DNA of 63,610 bases, filler included, from Welwitschia mirabilis (lineage: Eukaryota): assembly GCA_051453625.1 (NCBI GenBank). It is 6 parts of one record of this genome, joined end to end, with 100 filler letters (N's around TTAATTAATTAA, not from the genome) between each part and the next. Parts side by side here need not be neighbours in the genome. Positions count along the whole stretch, not along the records: positions 12,844 to 29,301 come from JBOZIK010000001.1; 5 more parts are not named here. The stretch is one strand, 5' to 3'. How positions within the stretch are numbered: the stretch's first letter is position 1; the number at the start of each line of letters is the position of its first letter. The notes below the pieces were generated by a model. The model saw only the letters and a list, made by a program, of their open reading frames with translations. It searched no databases and had not been told where the DNA came from. A program made the translations under genes and the position numbers. Positions 12,788 to 25,710 of the stretch are shown in pieces.

Positions 12788-12799
12788 TTAATTAATTAA
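12788..12799. other. Artificial scaffold linker TTAATTAATTAA (also at 29346-29357, 40995-41006, 48288-48299, 61380-61391)
   Basis: The identical 12-mer, with stops in all six frames, is centred in ~100-bp N blocks five times. Confidence 0.95.
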
Positions 12800-12843
12800 N
12801 NNNNNNNNNNNNNNNNNNNNNNNNNNNNNNNNNNNNNNNNNNN

Positions 12844-12912
<69 letters not shown>
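12844..12912. repeat. (AG)n microsatellite
   Basis: Perfect AG run at a contig edge. Confidence 0.95.
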
Positions 12913-12915
<3 letters not shown>

Positions 12916-14757
12916 AAGATTATGATTTGTATTTGTGCTAAAAAAATACATGGTCATCATGATATCCTATCACACAAAGGTAAATTTTTCTAAAAGGAAC
13001 CTTTAGCAGTATTAGTAGCTATGGGAACTCCATTGAAGAGTCAGTTGGTCATGCTTCACAGGTTCTTACTTCTTTGACTATTATTATGCTCCCGTCATCA
13101 TGGAAAGTTGTAATAAACTTTGAGGCTATGGGATTAGTTGTGTTCTTAGTATTATTAGAGGCATTTCTTGTTTTCTAAACTCTTAGTATTCATCTATAAT
13201 CATTTCACTTTTGAGGATTCAGGTGTATTTTAGGATGCGAGTCGGTGAGTTCATTTCTGAGTAGCTTTTGATCTTATCATTCATTATTCTAAGAACTTTA
13301 TCTTTGGTGTCATCATAATTACTATCTTTTTTTAGTAAAATTTTATAAATTCAATATGTTTTGTCATGCATTTTTACTCAAGTGGCTTTATGATATCTTT
13401 TAAGGGGATTTTCTAGGTTAGAATTTAGGATAAATAAGCTATCTTCTTCATGTTCCCTGTGTTCATTTTCATCTTGTTTTTTTTAATTCTTTATTTTGTT
13501 ATTTCAAAGTCATTTCCTTAATTTTTTCTATCATTTAGTGGTTTTCTTATTGTTACTCATGTCATTATTTTAATATCACACTGATTTTCTTTTAGCATTT
13601 TAATTAAACAAATAATATTTTATGCTTCATGATTTTTATGAGATTCCTTTGTATCTTTAAGAGTTTTACATATTTCCCTATGTATTTTTTAGTATAAGCA
13701 CATTTTTTTGATCTTATTTGTTAGGTTTTAACCTAATTAGTATGTTTTCATCACTCTATTTTTCATCTATTTTGAGTTTTTCTCATCATCCTAATTTATC
13801 ATAATTGTTCGTTATTCCCTTTTTTTTTTTTGAAACCTTTTGATACATTCTATACCTTCACGCTGATATTTGAGCCTAACTTGCTTGGTGGACATGCTCA
13901 TTTTTGAAAACTTTGATAAAGTTTTATCATCCACTAAGTCATCTAGAGATAATGGAGATGCCCCTGATATTTTTTCTGACAGTCATCTTAGGGCTGTCAT
14001 CTAGACAACATGAATAGATAACAATGCAATAAAACTGTGGCATCCATTCTTTTTCCTCATTTTTCTTCTAGTTTGTATCATTTTTGTTCATTCTCTCAAG
14101 AGAAGATAGTGTCCCTCATCCCTACTGATGTGCTAGAACTTGTCCCCATCAAATTTGATCACCAGACTTTTAGATTTTAGAAAATTTTCAAAAATGAGGT
14201 ATGTTTTCCTCTCCCTTATTTTTTTTAAATTTTTTCTTTCATTTCTCATTCTTTTAACATGTAGTTTCTATATATGTTGTTCAATTTTTTGAGCTCTTTG
14301 GTTAAGAACTTACAGATCTAATTTTCATCATGTATTTTATAAGATATAATGAATTGTACATGTTTTGAGGAAAATTTAGGATTTTACGTTTAAAACTTAT
14401 TTTCTGGCAAACTGTAAGTTAAAACGTAGTGGTCCTTTAGGGTAAATTATTCAGTATAATGTGTTCTACATTTCTAGCTAATTAGATTTTTTTTATTTAT
14501 TTAAGTACTTTTATTTTTCACCTTATGTGAGGTCCACATAAAATATGCTTTTTAAAATTTGCACATGTTTCTCATTTTTTTACATAACTAGGTAATATAG
14601 TATGTATTTTCACTTTTGTGGGTGAGCAAGACTCATTTTCATAGTTTTTACACATTTTAAGTAATTTTTGGGGTTGTTTCAAGCATCCACGTGATGTATT
14701 TTAGCTATATCCACCAGATCTTATGTGACTTATCATGTATTTATTACTGAGTAGGTC

Positions 14758-16003
14758 ATGTACAAATAGAACTAGATATGTTGAGGCTAAGGCTAAAGCT
14801 ATTGAGTAGGAGGTGGACCCACTAGTACCACTATAGGTCAAGTATATAGAGCGAATACATCCTCCACCTTAACATGTGTGCTCTCTTACTATTCAGATGG
14901 CTACTATCCATGTTGAGGGATACACTGATTTGATGAGTCGATTAGAGCCATAGGTAGATTAGAGACTCATAGATTTATAGCTTATGTGGATCTTAGATGT
15001 ATAGGGGATGTACTATGTATCAGAGACTAAGGAATTCTATAACATCATGGACATAAAGCATCATCCTAATACTTATGGCTAGTTTGTAAACATGATTGTA
15101 GCCACGATTCAAGGCCATGAAATAGAAGTCCTTCTAAACCACACTATAGTAGTGATAGGTCTTAGTGGTATTAGGAGTATTAATATACAGTTAGCTAGTG
15201 GAACAGAGAAGCATCATATGTTCAGCATGGCATTAGACATACCAGCAGATTTAACTTTAGATAGAAAGGGTATTTTAGTGACACAGTTAATCCTATCTAT
15301 CGGATTTTACACAGAGGACTTATTCAAAATATCATTCCATCTTTTCATAATAGTCATGCCATAGCGGATCATTTATAGATTTAGATAGTGTTCAAGTAGG
15401 ATAAGTAGATAGACTTACCCATATTTATATGGAGGATACTCAGGTCCATGTTAGAGCACAATAGCTACAGACTTTGGGATATGCATGCCTTCTTTTAGTC
15501 ATGTTTAGATGCTTTAGTATACCAGAGCCTATAGATGAGCAACATTTTATGCACATACAGATTTTAGCTTATTACTTGTAGGACATGGGCATACAAGTAC
15601 TAGGAGAAACAGAAAGACCTTAAATTTAGAGACCTGGGGTTAGTTCTTTACTTGATTAGATTTAGGCTCTCTTGGTAGAGACCACTGAGACTATTAAAGG
15701 CATTGTAGACTGAGGCATCTTTACATTATAGTAGAGGATCCAGATTATTAATCATAGGATCCAGACAGTTGAGAGGAGAGTATAGCACATTGAAAATAGC
15801 TTGTGGATGTGCAATAGCACATTCTATGTATAGAGCACAGTGTAATGATGGATCTCCCAGAGACAGTATGAGTATAGAAAGACAAGATAGCATAGACTAT
15901 TATAACATCATTGGACCACTATTTTCCTACTGATTCTGAGCATCTTCCCTTTTCCTCTCTTGCACCTGAGCCTACCACTCAGTAGGAGTTCATCATAACT
16001 TAA
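14758..16003 (+). pseudogene. Athila env-like ORF (putative plant transposon protein domain), degenerate
   Basis: The ATG follows a splice-acceptor-like ttactgagtag. It reads GMYYVSETKEFYNIMDI..MIVATIQGHEIEVLLNH ('EFY.N..T.V.G..I' motif). It is homologous in reverse to 39440-40562 and lies between the pol side and the PPT. Confidence 0.65.
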
Positions 16004-16067
16004 TGAGGGGAGTGACTTCTCATTGTATTTTTTGTATCTTTCCTTCTATATATTGTATAAACTCATG

Positions 16068-16069
<2 letters not shown>

Positions 16070-16102
<33 letters not shown>
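16070..16102. repeat. (CA)n microsatellite
   Basis: Perfect CA run. Confidence 0.95.
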
Positions 16103-16103
<1 letters not shown>

Positions 16104-16567
16104 CTTATTTTGAGTATTAGTATGATGTACATTTGTATTGTTGGATTTCATACCTTTTTTTTTAACATTCCATTTTTACACTTCATGGTGAGGATTATTT
16201 ATATTATAAATGATTATTTTCTTTATTTACTATACATTTCAGTTGGGGCTATTAATTATTAATATATTTAATGACTATTTTTTTAAAATTTTTATTGCAG
16301 GTTCTATTTTTTAAGAATATTTTTTCAATCTATCATTCCCCATATCATCTAGATGATCATCAAGATAATAGTATGGCTAGTTGTACTACATAGGTGAAAT
16401 TTTTAGTTATTCATTTTTTACTTTTCTATCCTATACTTTAAAATTCTTGAAAATCTTTTTGAGTTTATTCATAATTCCTGAGTTGATTTATTATTAGACA
16501 ATTTAGCTTGCAATCATTTTTGTTTACCTAGTTTTGTCAAGGACTGACAAAATTAGGTGGGGGATTA

Positions 16568-17831
16568 TGTTGTGCTGCCAAATTGTATGCATTTAATGGA
16601 GTATTTTGAGTAGTTTTATAAGACATTAGATGGGTTCGTGTTGAATTTTAATAATAATGAAAAGCTAAGATGAATGACATAAAAACATGCAATCTTCATT
16701 ACATTTTACAACATTTGAAGCTATTTATAATATTTATATCTGAATCAAAAATCCTACAGGTAGAGAGGCTAATACGATACATGAAAACTCTACAAAATCT
16801 TATTATCCACTTCATTGTTTAGATGATTGTACGAACAACAAAAACACTTAAGCTAAGTAGGATGTTGATTGGATCAATATGGTAGCTGATGTGGAACTCT
16901 TGTAAGGTGGCATTATCTCTTGTAACATCTAGACAACCAACAGGATGACACCTAAGATAAATGCTTCATAAACTTTACTAAACTCTAGCCATTTGTCTTA
17001 CACTTTCTTAAGTGATTGTTAGGGTTGTTCATGCACCTGTTAATCTTATTTGATTTTAGAGTTTATTTTGTAATAAATACCTCCTCTACTCTTGAATCTT
17101 TTCTCATCTTCATTTACATCAGAAATTCTTATGAGAGGAGATCGAAGGGTTAAATGTTCATTCATTGTTGCTGTAGAGAGATGTCTTTCTTAGTGTTGGG
17201 CTATGTATTATTTGTTAAGATTTTGCTACTTTGTAACATGGATGTTGATTTGCTTCTAATCAAAACTATGCTTTTCTTTTTATATTTTTTATTTTATATA
17301 CGTTTGTTATTATTTATTTTGCTTCTAATTTTGTGACAGCTTCATTAATGATATAGATAATAAGAGCAACCTTTGTTAAGGTTGATAATATTAATTTAAA
17401 TGCATTGCATTTCCTTTCCTAGATTAACTTTGCATTATTTTTATATTTTATTTCATGTACCTAATAGCTTAGGTTGATCTTAATCTGATGACAGATTTTC
17501 TTAATTGATCTAAATTATACAAGGTCAATCTCCATGATAGATTGATTTGGTAATTGAACAAAAGTTGCATTTAGTTTAAACTTGCATTTCATTTGCATTG
17601 TGTGTTTGCATTATTATTTTTCCATTACTATTTCATTCTACTCTAAGGATACATAATGTTTGGTTTTTAAAATAAATTCTATTTCTTCTCACCTGCGCCT
17701 TCAATAAGAATATGACATTTGAGTTACTCCCATCTATATTTGTATGTTGTATTAATGCAAAATTTATATATATTTGTGATTTACAGGATCTGGTTAAGAA
17801 GATAACTCTTGCACAAATACACACTGCAACA
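16568..17831 (+). repeat. Athila LTR of element A (~1.26 kb)
   Basis: Starts TGTTGTGCTGCC immediately after the PPT and ends GCACAAATACACACTGCAACA. Confidence 0.85.
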
Positions 17832-20800
17832 TGAAAAAATCAAATAATGTTTTGTAGATTCTAATTCAAAAACTCAAGATAAGAAAGAAAATTTTATTTC
17901 TTTAATTAAGCAATATGATTATTCTAAATTTACTATTTCTTGTTCGCATACTTCAAAATCTTTAAAAAATTTTAAAAATCAACGAAGTTCTATTAAAAAT
18001 ACTACCTCTCCTCTTTTGCCTAATCATCTTAATACTCTTACCTCTATGGCATTGAATAAATCTTTACTCAAACTATCAGATCCTCTAATTTAAATATCAC
18101 TTTAAAGGATATGTTAGCTAATAAAAAGAGGAAACTTCAAAACCCATTTGACCTACCCCCACAAGATGACATAGAGTTAAAGAACTTAAATGCCTATCCT
18201 ACCCTTTTTGAAGAACCTGATAAAGACCCATTTCAACACATAGCTGAGATTGAACAACTCATTCTTGCTTCATAAAATGGGAAAGATAAAATTTTAATAG
18301 AACCTACATGATAATCTTTCCATTTACCTTAAAAGAAAAAGCGAAAAATTGGCTTATAACCATTCCACATAAAAGTCTTAAGTCATGAAACCAAGTATAG
18401 TGAGTATTTATTAAACAATTCATGAACGAAATAGTAAACAGAGGTAACCAATTTTTACTAATACCCTCATGAAGATTACTCCTCAACATATGAAAGATTT
18501 TTGATAGCTGTGTCATTCAACCTAGTGAATGAGTTTGTAAAAGAAGAACTTATTGATTACTTTTATAGTGAATTGAATAGTCAAAATAAACAAAGAGTAG
18601 ATTTTTTATGTGATGAAAATTTACTCAATTTAAACTTAAACAATGCTTGGAACTTATTAGAAATCCTTATAGAAAGAAGTCAAAATTGGCTAAAAACTAC
18701 ATGTAAAGACACTAAAACTATAGGTGAAATGCTTAGATATTTGAAAAAATTACAACATGATGAAGAAAAACCAAAGGTTAAAATCCTAATTAGTGATCTT
18801 ACTAACACATTGGAGAGTTGCACAAAAGTTTTAACTAATGTAAAATTACTAAGTCAACTCAACCATTGTAAAACATGTGATGAAAACTCTCACTTTACTA
18901 AGGAATGCCCAAATTTATCAAGTCATAGAGAGGTTATATTCAATGAATTTTACGCATTCCATTAAAGGACAAATAATTTGGAGGTGACCAACAATATCCA
19001 CCACAAATTAATGCAGCTTCAACATCTTTCACACCCTTATTTAACAATAAATACAAAAGCCATAACTCTTAGCCTAATTTTTTTCAATTACAATATAAAT
19101 TACCCTTGTAAAGAAATAATGGTAGAATTCAGAAAGATGCAAGATACCATCAATGAAATTTTAGAATATTAGAATAAAATCTTAGAAAATTTGATTAACC
19201 TCTTTCAACAAAACACACTAGGAAATCAAAGGCCACAAGGATTACTTACTATCCAAACTCAAATACTGTGAAGAAAGATTGAAAAGTAGTTACATGAAGT
19301 AGATCTTATAGTACTTCCCATGATAAACCCTTAGCTTTCTTCCACAAAGACAAAGAATTACATCAAGAAGATAATGTTGAAATTCTTAATCAACCAAACC
19401 TTCCTCCTACTCTCTACACTAAATCCAACAACAACAACCAATATATAAAGAAGAATACTACCCCATTGATGGATATATTGAATACCAATCCAACTTATAA
19501 TGAACATTTAAAAGAAATTATAAATGATATCACTATCATCCTCCCCTTTTAAAAGATCCTTCAAGACAACCCAAGTACAATAAAATTTGAAAGGACTTAG
19601 TAAGAAGAAAATAAAAGAGAATAATTTCAAGTAAAGTGTTCATTGCATAATCCCTTTCTAACTTAGTTTCTCAAAAATTTCCTAATTTTAAAGATTAAGA
19701 GGCATCAACTATTTGTGTTGTTTTAGAAGAAAATAAGAAAATCTAGAAATCCTTAATAGACATAAGGACAATTGTAAACATTATGCCTTTGCACATTTGT
19801 AAAAAGTTTGGATTAGAAGGGAGAATTAGATAGTAGTGGAATTGGTTGATGCGTCAATTAAGAAACCTATAGGCATAATCAAAGATTTAGTAATTCAAAT
19901 TTAGGAATCTTTTTACCCTATAGATGCAGTCATCATTGAGGTTGAAGATAATGGCAGATATCCCCTTCTTTTAGGAAGAGCCTTTTGTGTAACAGCCCAT
20001 TGTATCATTGATGCTCACACAGGGATGATGTAGTATCATATAGTCAATAAAATGTTTAGTATTAGAGTATTCAATTCCATCAAAAAATACATGGAAGACA
20101 AATTAGACACAGAATAAAAAGTTAGGTCATCCATGTTACTTCAACATATTCCTTTAGAAGAAAGATTCATTTCATTATATGACTCAAACTTATTTGCCAA
20201 TAAAGAGGAATTGTCTACTATTCTTAAATCTTTAAACTCCTCCAATCCTTGCCATCTTAATTAAGAACCTTTAAATTACTTTTTCAATGATGATTTTCAT
20301 GAGAAATTTGAACCCATACTTGATCATAATATCCAACATGTAAGATTTATTGAAAACCTTTTACATCAAGATGGGTGTTCTATGACTATGAAGGATGAAA
20401 ATGATCTTTAACTTACTGACTTACCCAATGGTTTGAAATACATTTTCTTAAATAACAATTCTAATATACCATTAATCATTAGTTCTTAACTTCATTCTTT
20501 CTAATAAAATTCCTTAATTTAATTTCTTACTTCAAAATTAAAAGCTTTTGCTTGGACTCATCAAGATGTTAGTATTATTTCTTCTCATATTATTTAACAT
20601 AAAATTTACCTAGAGGATAATGCTAAACCCATAAGACACTTTCAAAGAAGACTTAGTCCTGCTATTCATCCAGTAGTTAAGGATAAATTATTAAACTTAT
20701 AGACATAGGTTAATTCATGGTTTTGTATAATACTTGAGTACATCTTATACATAACAAGTTTACCTCTAAATGGCTTGGTTTTTATCATGTGAAAAGGATA

Positions 20801-23695
20801 GATTCCAGTGGCTTTATTAATATATTTAACCTTCAAACTCAAGAGATCCAAAAAGTAAATGAACAAACATCAAAACTTTATATATCTCCAGATGATTGTT
20901 CTTATACATTGAACATGATAGAAGCAATTAACTTGGAAGATCCTCTTTGCAAAAAGAAACATCTCCCCTTGGTTATCTACTAAATTATTTTTTAGCCTTA
21001 TTTCTTGGTTTTTATTATGATACTACTTGATCATCTTTATCTTGATTTATGTTTGACTGTCATAGCTGTTACCATGATTAAGTAATTCTTTACATTGGAT
21101 TTTTCATGTGATAAATATTAGATTTAACCAATCTTTAGATATTCCAATATCTACAATCAATCTCATTGGTTATTTTATGATAAAATATCAATTATGTTAA
21201 TTTGATGCTTATTTTCAGCTATATACTTTATTACTTTATTATTTTAATAATTAATTAACGCTTTCAAAAATGAGAGTTTAAGTCAAAGGAAAAGAGAAAA
21301 GATGAAAAGAAAAAGAAAAACATGAAAAAAATGGAAGAATAAGTAGAAAAATTAAAAAAATAAATGAATTACCCTCTTGTAATTATACCATAATGTACTA
21401 CCACAAGCATACTAGGGTAAATTTTCTTAAAAGGGGCCTGTAGTAGTATAATATAGTAGCTATGAAAGCTCTACTAGAGGATTAGTTGTTCATAATCTAG
21501 CATTGACTTATGGGTTCTTCTTCTTTTAGAAGTAGTTTCACTCCTCTTATCATGATGCACGATGTTATTCAACACCCTATTAACTAAAAATTTCCATTAC
21601 TCTGAGGCATAGACTTTATATGCATATGAGTTTATTACTCATTGGATGATATCTTATTAAAGCATTCTAGTTATCACAGCTAAAGAAATATTGAATTACA
21701 GTCGAAACATGACTTAATACCTTGCTAAATATAGCCATTAGATATTATCATCATCACTGCCCTTTTGAATGGTACTTTAGGGTATCTTACATTGAATCAT
21801 GCATTTCTTCTTAAGTAGCTTTATAACCTTTACCAATAAATTTTGCTAAGTTTCAATTTTAGGCAATAGTTAATCTTCTTCATGTTTATCTTGTCCATTT
21901 TCCTTTTTGTTTTATCTCAGTTTGTTGGTTTACCTTCTCAAAGTTATTTTTCTCACCTTTACCAAAATAATGCTTAGTACTTTGTCATTTTCTAGTTTAC
22001 TTGTTATATTTTTTTATCATTTGATTATTATGCATAAAGTCAAATTGACCTCTACCTTATTCATTCTTTAGCATAATAGCAGTGATGCTCTTCTTTCCTT
22101 AACAATCTTTCTTTTTTATAAACTCTCTTGTCATTTAACTTCACAATCATGAGATCTTACTCTAGTTTACCTTTTTTTCATGGTTTTCACAACTTAAGAT
22201 GACTTTTAAAGGGGGTTGTGAGCTAAACACTTTCACCTACTTTTACTAGACATAAATATATGTCGAAATAATTTTTAATGATATACATCAATTTCACTTA
22301 TGCTTTTTAATAGATTTGATTTATTTCACATATTGTACTCTTAATTTTAATGATATACATGTTTTGAGTTTCTTTCTGTCAGCTGGCTCATAATTTCTTA
22401 ATCGCTTACTTTGTCAGGAAATAAAAAGTGCTAAGTGGGGGCTATGTTGCAAAGCTAAATNNNNNNNNNNNNNNNNNNNNNNNNNNNNNNNNNNNNNNNN
22501 NNNNNNNNNNNNNNNNNNNNNNNNNNNNNNNNNNNNNNNNNNNNNNNNNNNNNNNNNNNNTGGCTCATAATTTCTTAATCGCTTACTTTGTCAGGAAATA
22601 AAAAGTGCTAAGTGGGGGCTATGTTGCAAAGCTAAATTAACCCATTTAATAAATTTGTGAAGTATATTTTAGGTTCTATTAACAAGTTTTCCATGGATTT
22701 ATGCAAGTTATATAAATCTTCCATGCATATCATGAAATGCAACAATTTCCAATAGAAGAAGCTATCTTTTTTGTCATGATGAACCAAAGCATAATGATAA
22801 AGATAGAGTTATCATCCTGTCTATCATGGGGATGACTATCATGGGGATAAAAGTCATGGAGATAAAACATGTATCAAGCATCAGTTAGTAAGTGGAATGG
22901 TCATCCTCTATGTCATGAGGATGACCTAATGAATGACAGTCAAAACGATTTGTAAAGTTAATTAAATTATTATAAAAGAATGAATCTAACTCGCACCTCT
23001 TCATTTCACGCTTCTTAGCAACATTGAACCATTCATCCTAGCCTATAAATAGACCCTTTTAAATCCTATTCCAAATCATCTTTTATCATCTACATTCTTG
23101 TAGTGATTGGATATTTTTAGAGGCACGGAGATCCATCATACTTGTGAGAAGAACTACCTTGGTACTAGGCAGTGAATCTTCCATTAAGGAGTTATTGTCG
23201 TAAGTGGATGTACTTTAATTTTATTAATAAAAATATTGATTGAATTGAAATTATTTTTAAATGCTTTATTATTCTTACTAATAGTTTGTCTTCATTGCAA
23301 CTTACGTGGCATGGATTCATAATTGAAATTGGTTATAAGAACCAATCTAGTGATAATAGATTGGAAATTTAGTTAATTTGTTGCATAAGGATTATATTCA
23401 TTCTTCATTAAATTACATTTTATTTTATTACATTGCATTGCATTCCATCTTCATCTTTGCATTTTTTTAATTTTAATTTCTATAAAGTAAAATCCAAAAA
23501 TATATTATTAATCTCTTTCTAAAAATAATTTTCCAAACTCTCTTTTAGAAGTTTTGTCTAAGTGGATAACATTTGGGGTGACTCCACTTTGAAAATACGT
23601 ATTGTATGCAATTAGATTATTAGCTTTTTAAGTGTTGTAAATTAAATTTAATCTTTATAATATTAGAATTAGAAGCACAAATACACATTACAACA
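17832..23695 (+). mobile_element. Athila element B: gag, aspartic protease, RT start fused to integrase C-terminus, 3' region, 3' LTR 22622-23695
   Basis: gag NLNAYPTLFEEPDKDPFQHIAEIE (~18180). AP SLIDIRTIVNIMP..YPLLLGRAFC (~19750-19990). RT start HKIYLEDNAKPIRHFQRRLSP (~20600). INT end NKFTSKWLGFYHVKRIDSSGFINI..KVNEQTSKLY (~20750-20885). PPT aagtgggggcta followed by an LTR TGTTG..CAACA. Confidence 0.85.
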
Positions 23696-25710
23696 CTAAA
23701 TTTAGTGAAATTGCTAAACCTCTAAGTAACCTTTTACAGTAGGATGTGGAATATAATTGGACTAATGAATGCTAAGGTGCCTATCAAACTTTAAAAGATA
23801 AACTTTATTAACACCTATTTTATAAGGGTCTAATTAAACAAGACCATTCTGCATTATAACCTATGCATCTAGTCATGCTATGAGAGCTATTTTAGGGCAA
23901 AAAAAATGAAGACAATAAACCATATGCTATTGCCTATATTAGTAAGGACTTTAAACTAGCTCAACAAAATTACACAATAATTGAGATACAGTTGTTAGCA
24001 GTAGTAATGGCATTAGAAAAATTAAGACATTATATTTTAGGTTATGAAATAAAAGTTTACTCAAACCATAGTGCTATTAGATTTTTTTATGAATGAAAAA
24101 GAGGCTAATTCAAGAATTATGAGATGGATACTATTGATGCAAGATCTTAACTTAAAAATTATTAATAGAAGAGGGACAAAAAATGTAGTAGTAGGTCATC
24201 TATTAAGATTAGAATTTCTAATGAAGAACAAATAAATATAAAAGATGAAATTCTAGATAACCATCTTTTTCAAGTAGAGACTACTCCATGATATGCTAAC
24301 ATAGCAAATTTTATTGTAAGTAAGAAATTACCATCTTTTATGAATTATTATGAAAGAAAAANNNNNNNNNNNNNNNNNNNNNNNNNNNNNNNNNNNNNNN
24401 NNNNNNNNNNNNNNNNNNNNNNNNNNNNNNNNNNNNNNNNNNNNNNNNNNNNNNNNNNNNNTCCATGATATGCTAACATAGCAAATTTTATTGTAAGTAA
24501 GAAATTACCATCTTTTATGAATTATTATGAAAGAAAAAGATTGTTAAGAAAATTTAGAAACTACATATGACATGATAAGATGTTATCTAGAAAATATAAA
24601 GATCATATTATTAGAAGATGTATAAAAGAAAATTTGTAGAAAGAAATTCTAAAGGAAGCTCATGAGAAAAATGGAGAAGAACATTATAGTATAAGAAGAA
24701 TGGGGATAAAAATTCTTCATATGGGATATTACTAGCCCACAATATTCAAAGATTCAAATTTTTATATGTAAAGTTGTAATAAGTATTAAAGAGGGGAAGA
24801 ACTTAACTAGAAATTAGAAATGTTACAATAATAAATTCAGTCAATTAAGCCCTTTGATATTTAAGGAATAGATTTCATTGGACCTATTAATCCTTCTCCT
24901 ATGAAAAAAAATATATTTTGGTTTACGTTGATTACTTCACTAATTGGGCGAAGGCTAAGGCTGTATCACACTATTCTTCCCAAACTGTAGTTAACTTTTT
25001 TCTTACAAATATTATCTATTGGAGCTCCTCAAAGTGTTATATCTAATAAAGAAACACATTTTGCTAGTGAAATTTTTAAGAAACTCTTAACTAGACATGA
25101 AATTCATTACAGACTCTATACTACCTATCATCCTTAATCTAACGACCAAGTTGAAGCAACTAATAGAGAAATCAATAGAATATTAACAAAAATCATAAAT
25201 ATTAAGAAAATAGATTGTGTTAATAAATTAAATGAAGCTCTATTGACTTATAGAGTAACTTCAAAACATAGCACTGGATTTACCCTATATGCATTGGTCT
25301 ATGGTAAAAGAGCTATTTTGCTAATTGAATTTATAATAAAGACCTTTAAATTAGCTAAAGAACTAAAGTATAATTTAGATATAGCTTAAGAAGAATGAAT
25401 TAAAAAAAGGAATATTTTAGATAAAAATAGAAAAAAATTCTCTTTTAATAAAGAACTTATATAATAAAAAACTAAAAAATATCATGATAATAAAACAATA
25501 AAAATCATTATTAATATAAGAGATTCTATACTAATATATGATCCTAAAAAGATCCATTCAAAAGAAAAATATGAACAAAATTTACTAAGACCTTATATCA
25601 TAACAAAAGTTTTGGAAAATGGAGCTATAGAGGTATATGATCCTGATAAAAAAGTAATCCACCAAGTTAATAGTTAGAGAATAAAAATGTATTATAATCA
25701 TAAATCTTTA
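23696..25710 (+). mobile_element. Athila element C pol: RT end, RNase H, integrase (degenerate)
   Basis: Reads FSEIAKPLSNLL..WTNEC; YASSHAMRAILGQ; AQQNYT..LLAVVMALEKLRHYILG; SRIMRWILLMQD; the Zn domain HYSIRRMGIKILHMGYY*PTIFKD; PFDI*GIDFIGP; YVDYFTNW; YHP*SNDQVEATNREI. The 3' non-coding region continues to ~27800. Confidence 0.9.

Larger units (their letters stand above)
12960..17831 (+). mobile_element. Athila element A, 3' part: non-coding region, env-like ORF, PPT, 3' LTR
   Basis: Contains the env-like ORF at 14758-16003, a PPT aggtggggga at ~16555-16564, and an LTR at 16568-17831 bounded by TGTTG..CAACA. Its LTR termini are shared with the other Athila LTRs in the window. Confidence 0.8.

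Noticed and set aside
22384..22637. Direct repeats flanking 100-N gaps (also ~12160/12402, 24285/24462, 34410/34860, 49968/50118, 50335/50473, 56735/56913)
   Set aside because: These are most likely unmerged contig overlaps or alternative haplotypes/paralogs rather than true tandem duplications.
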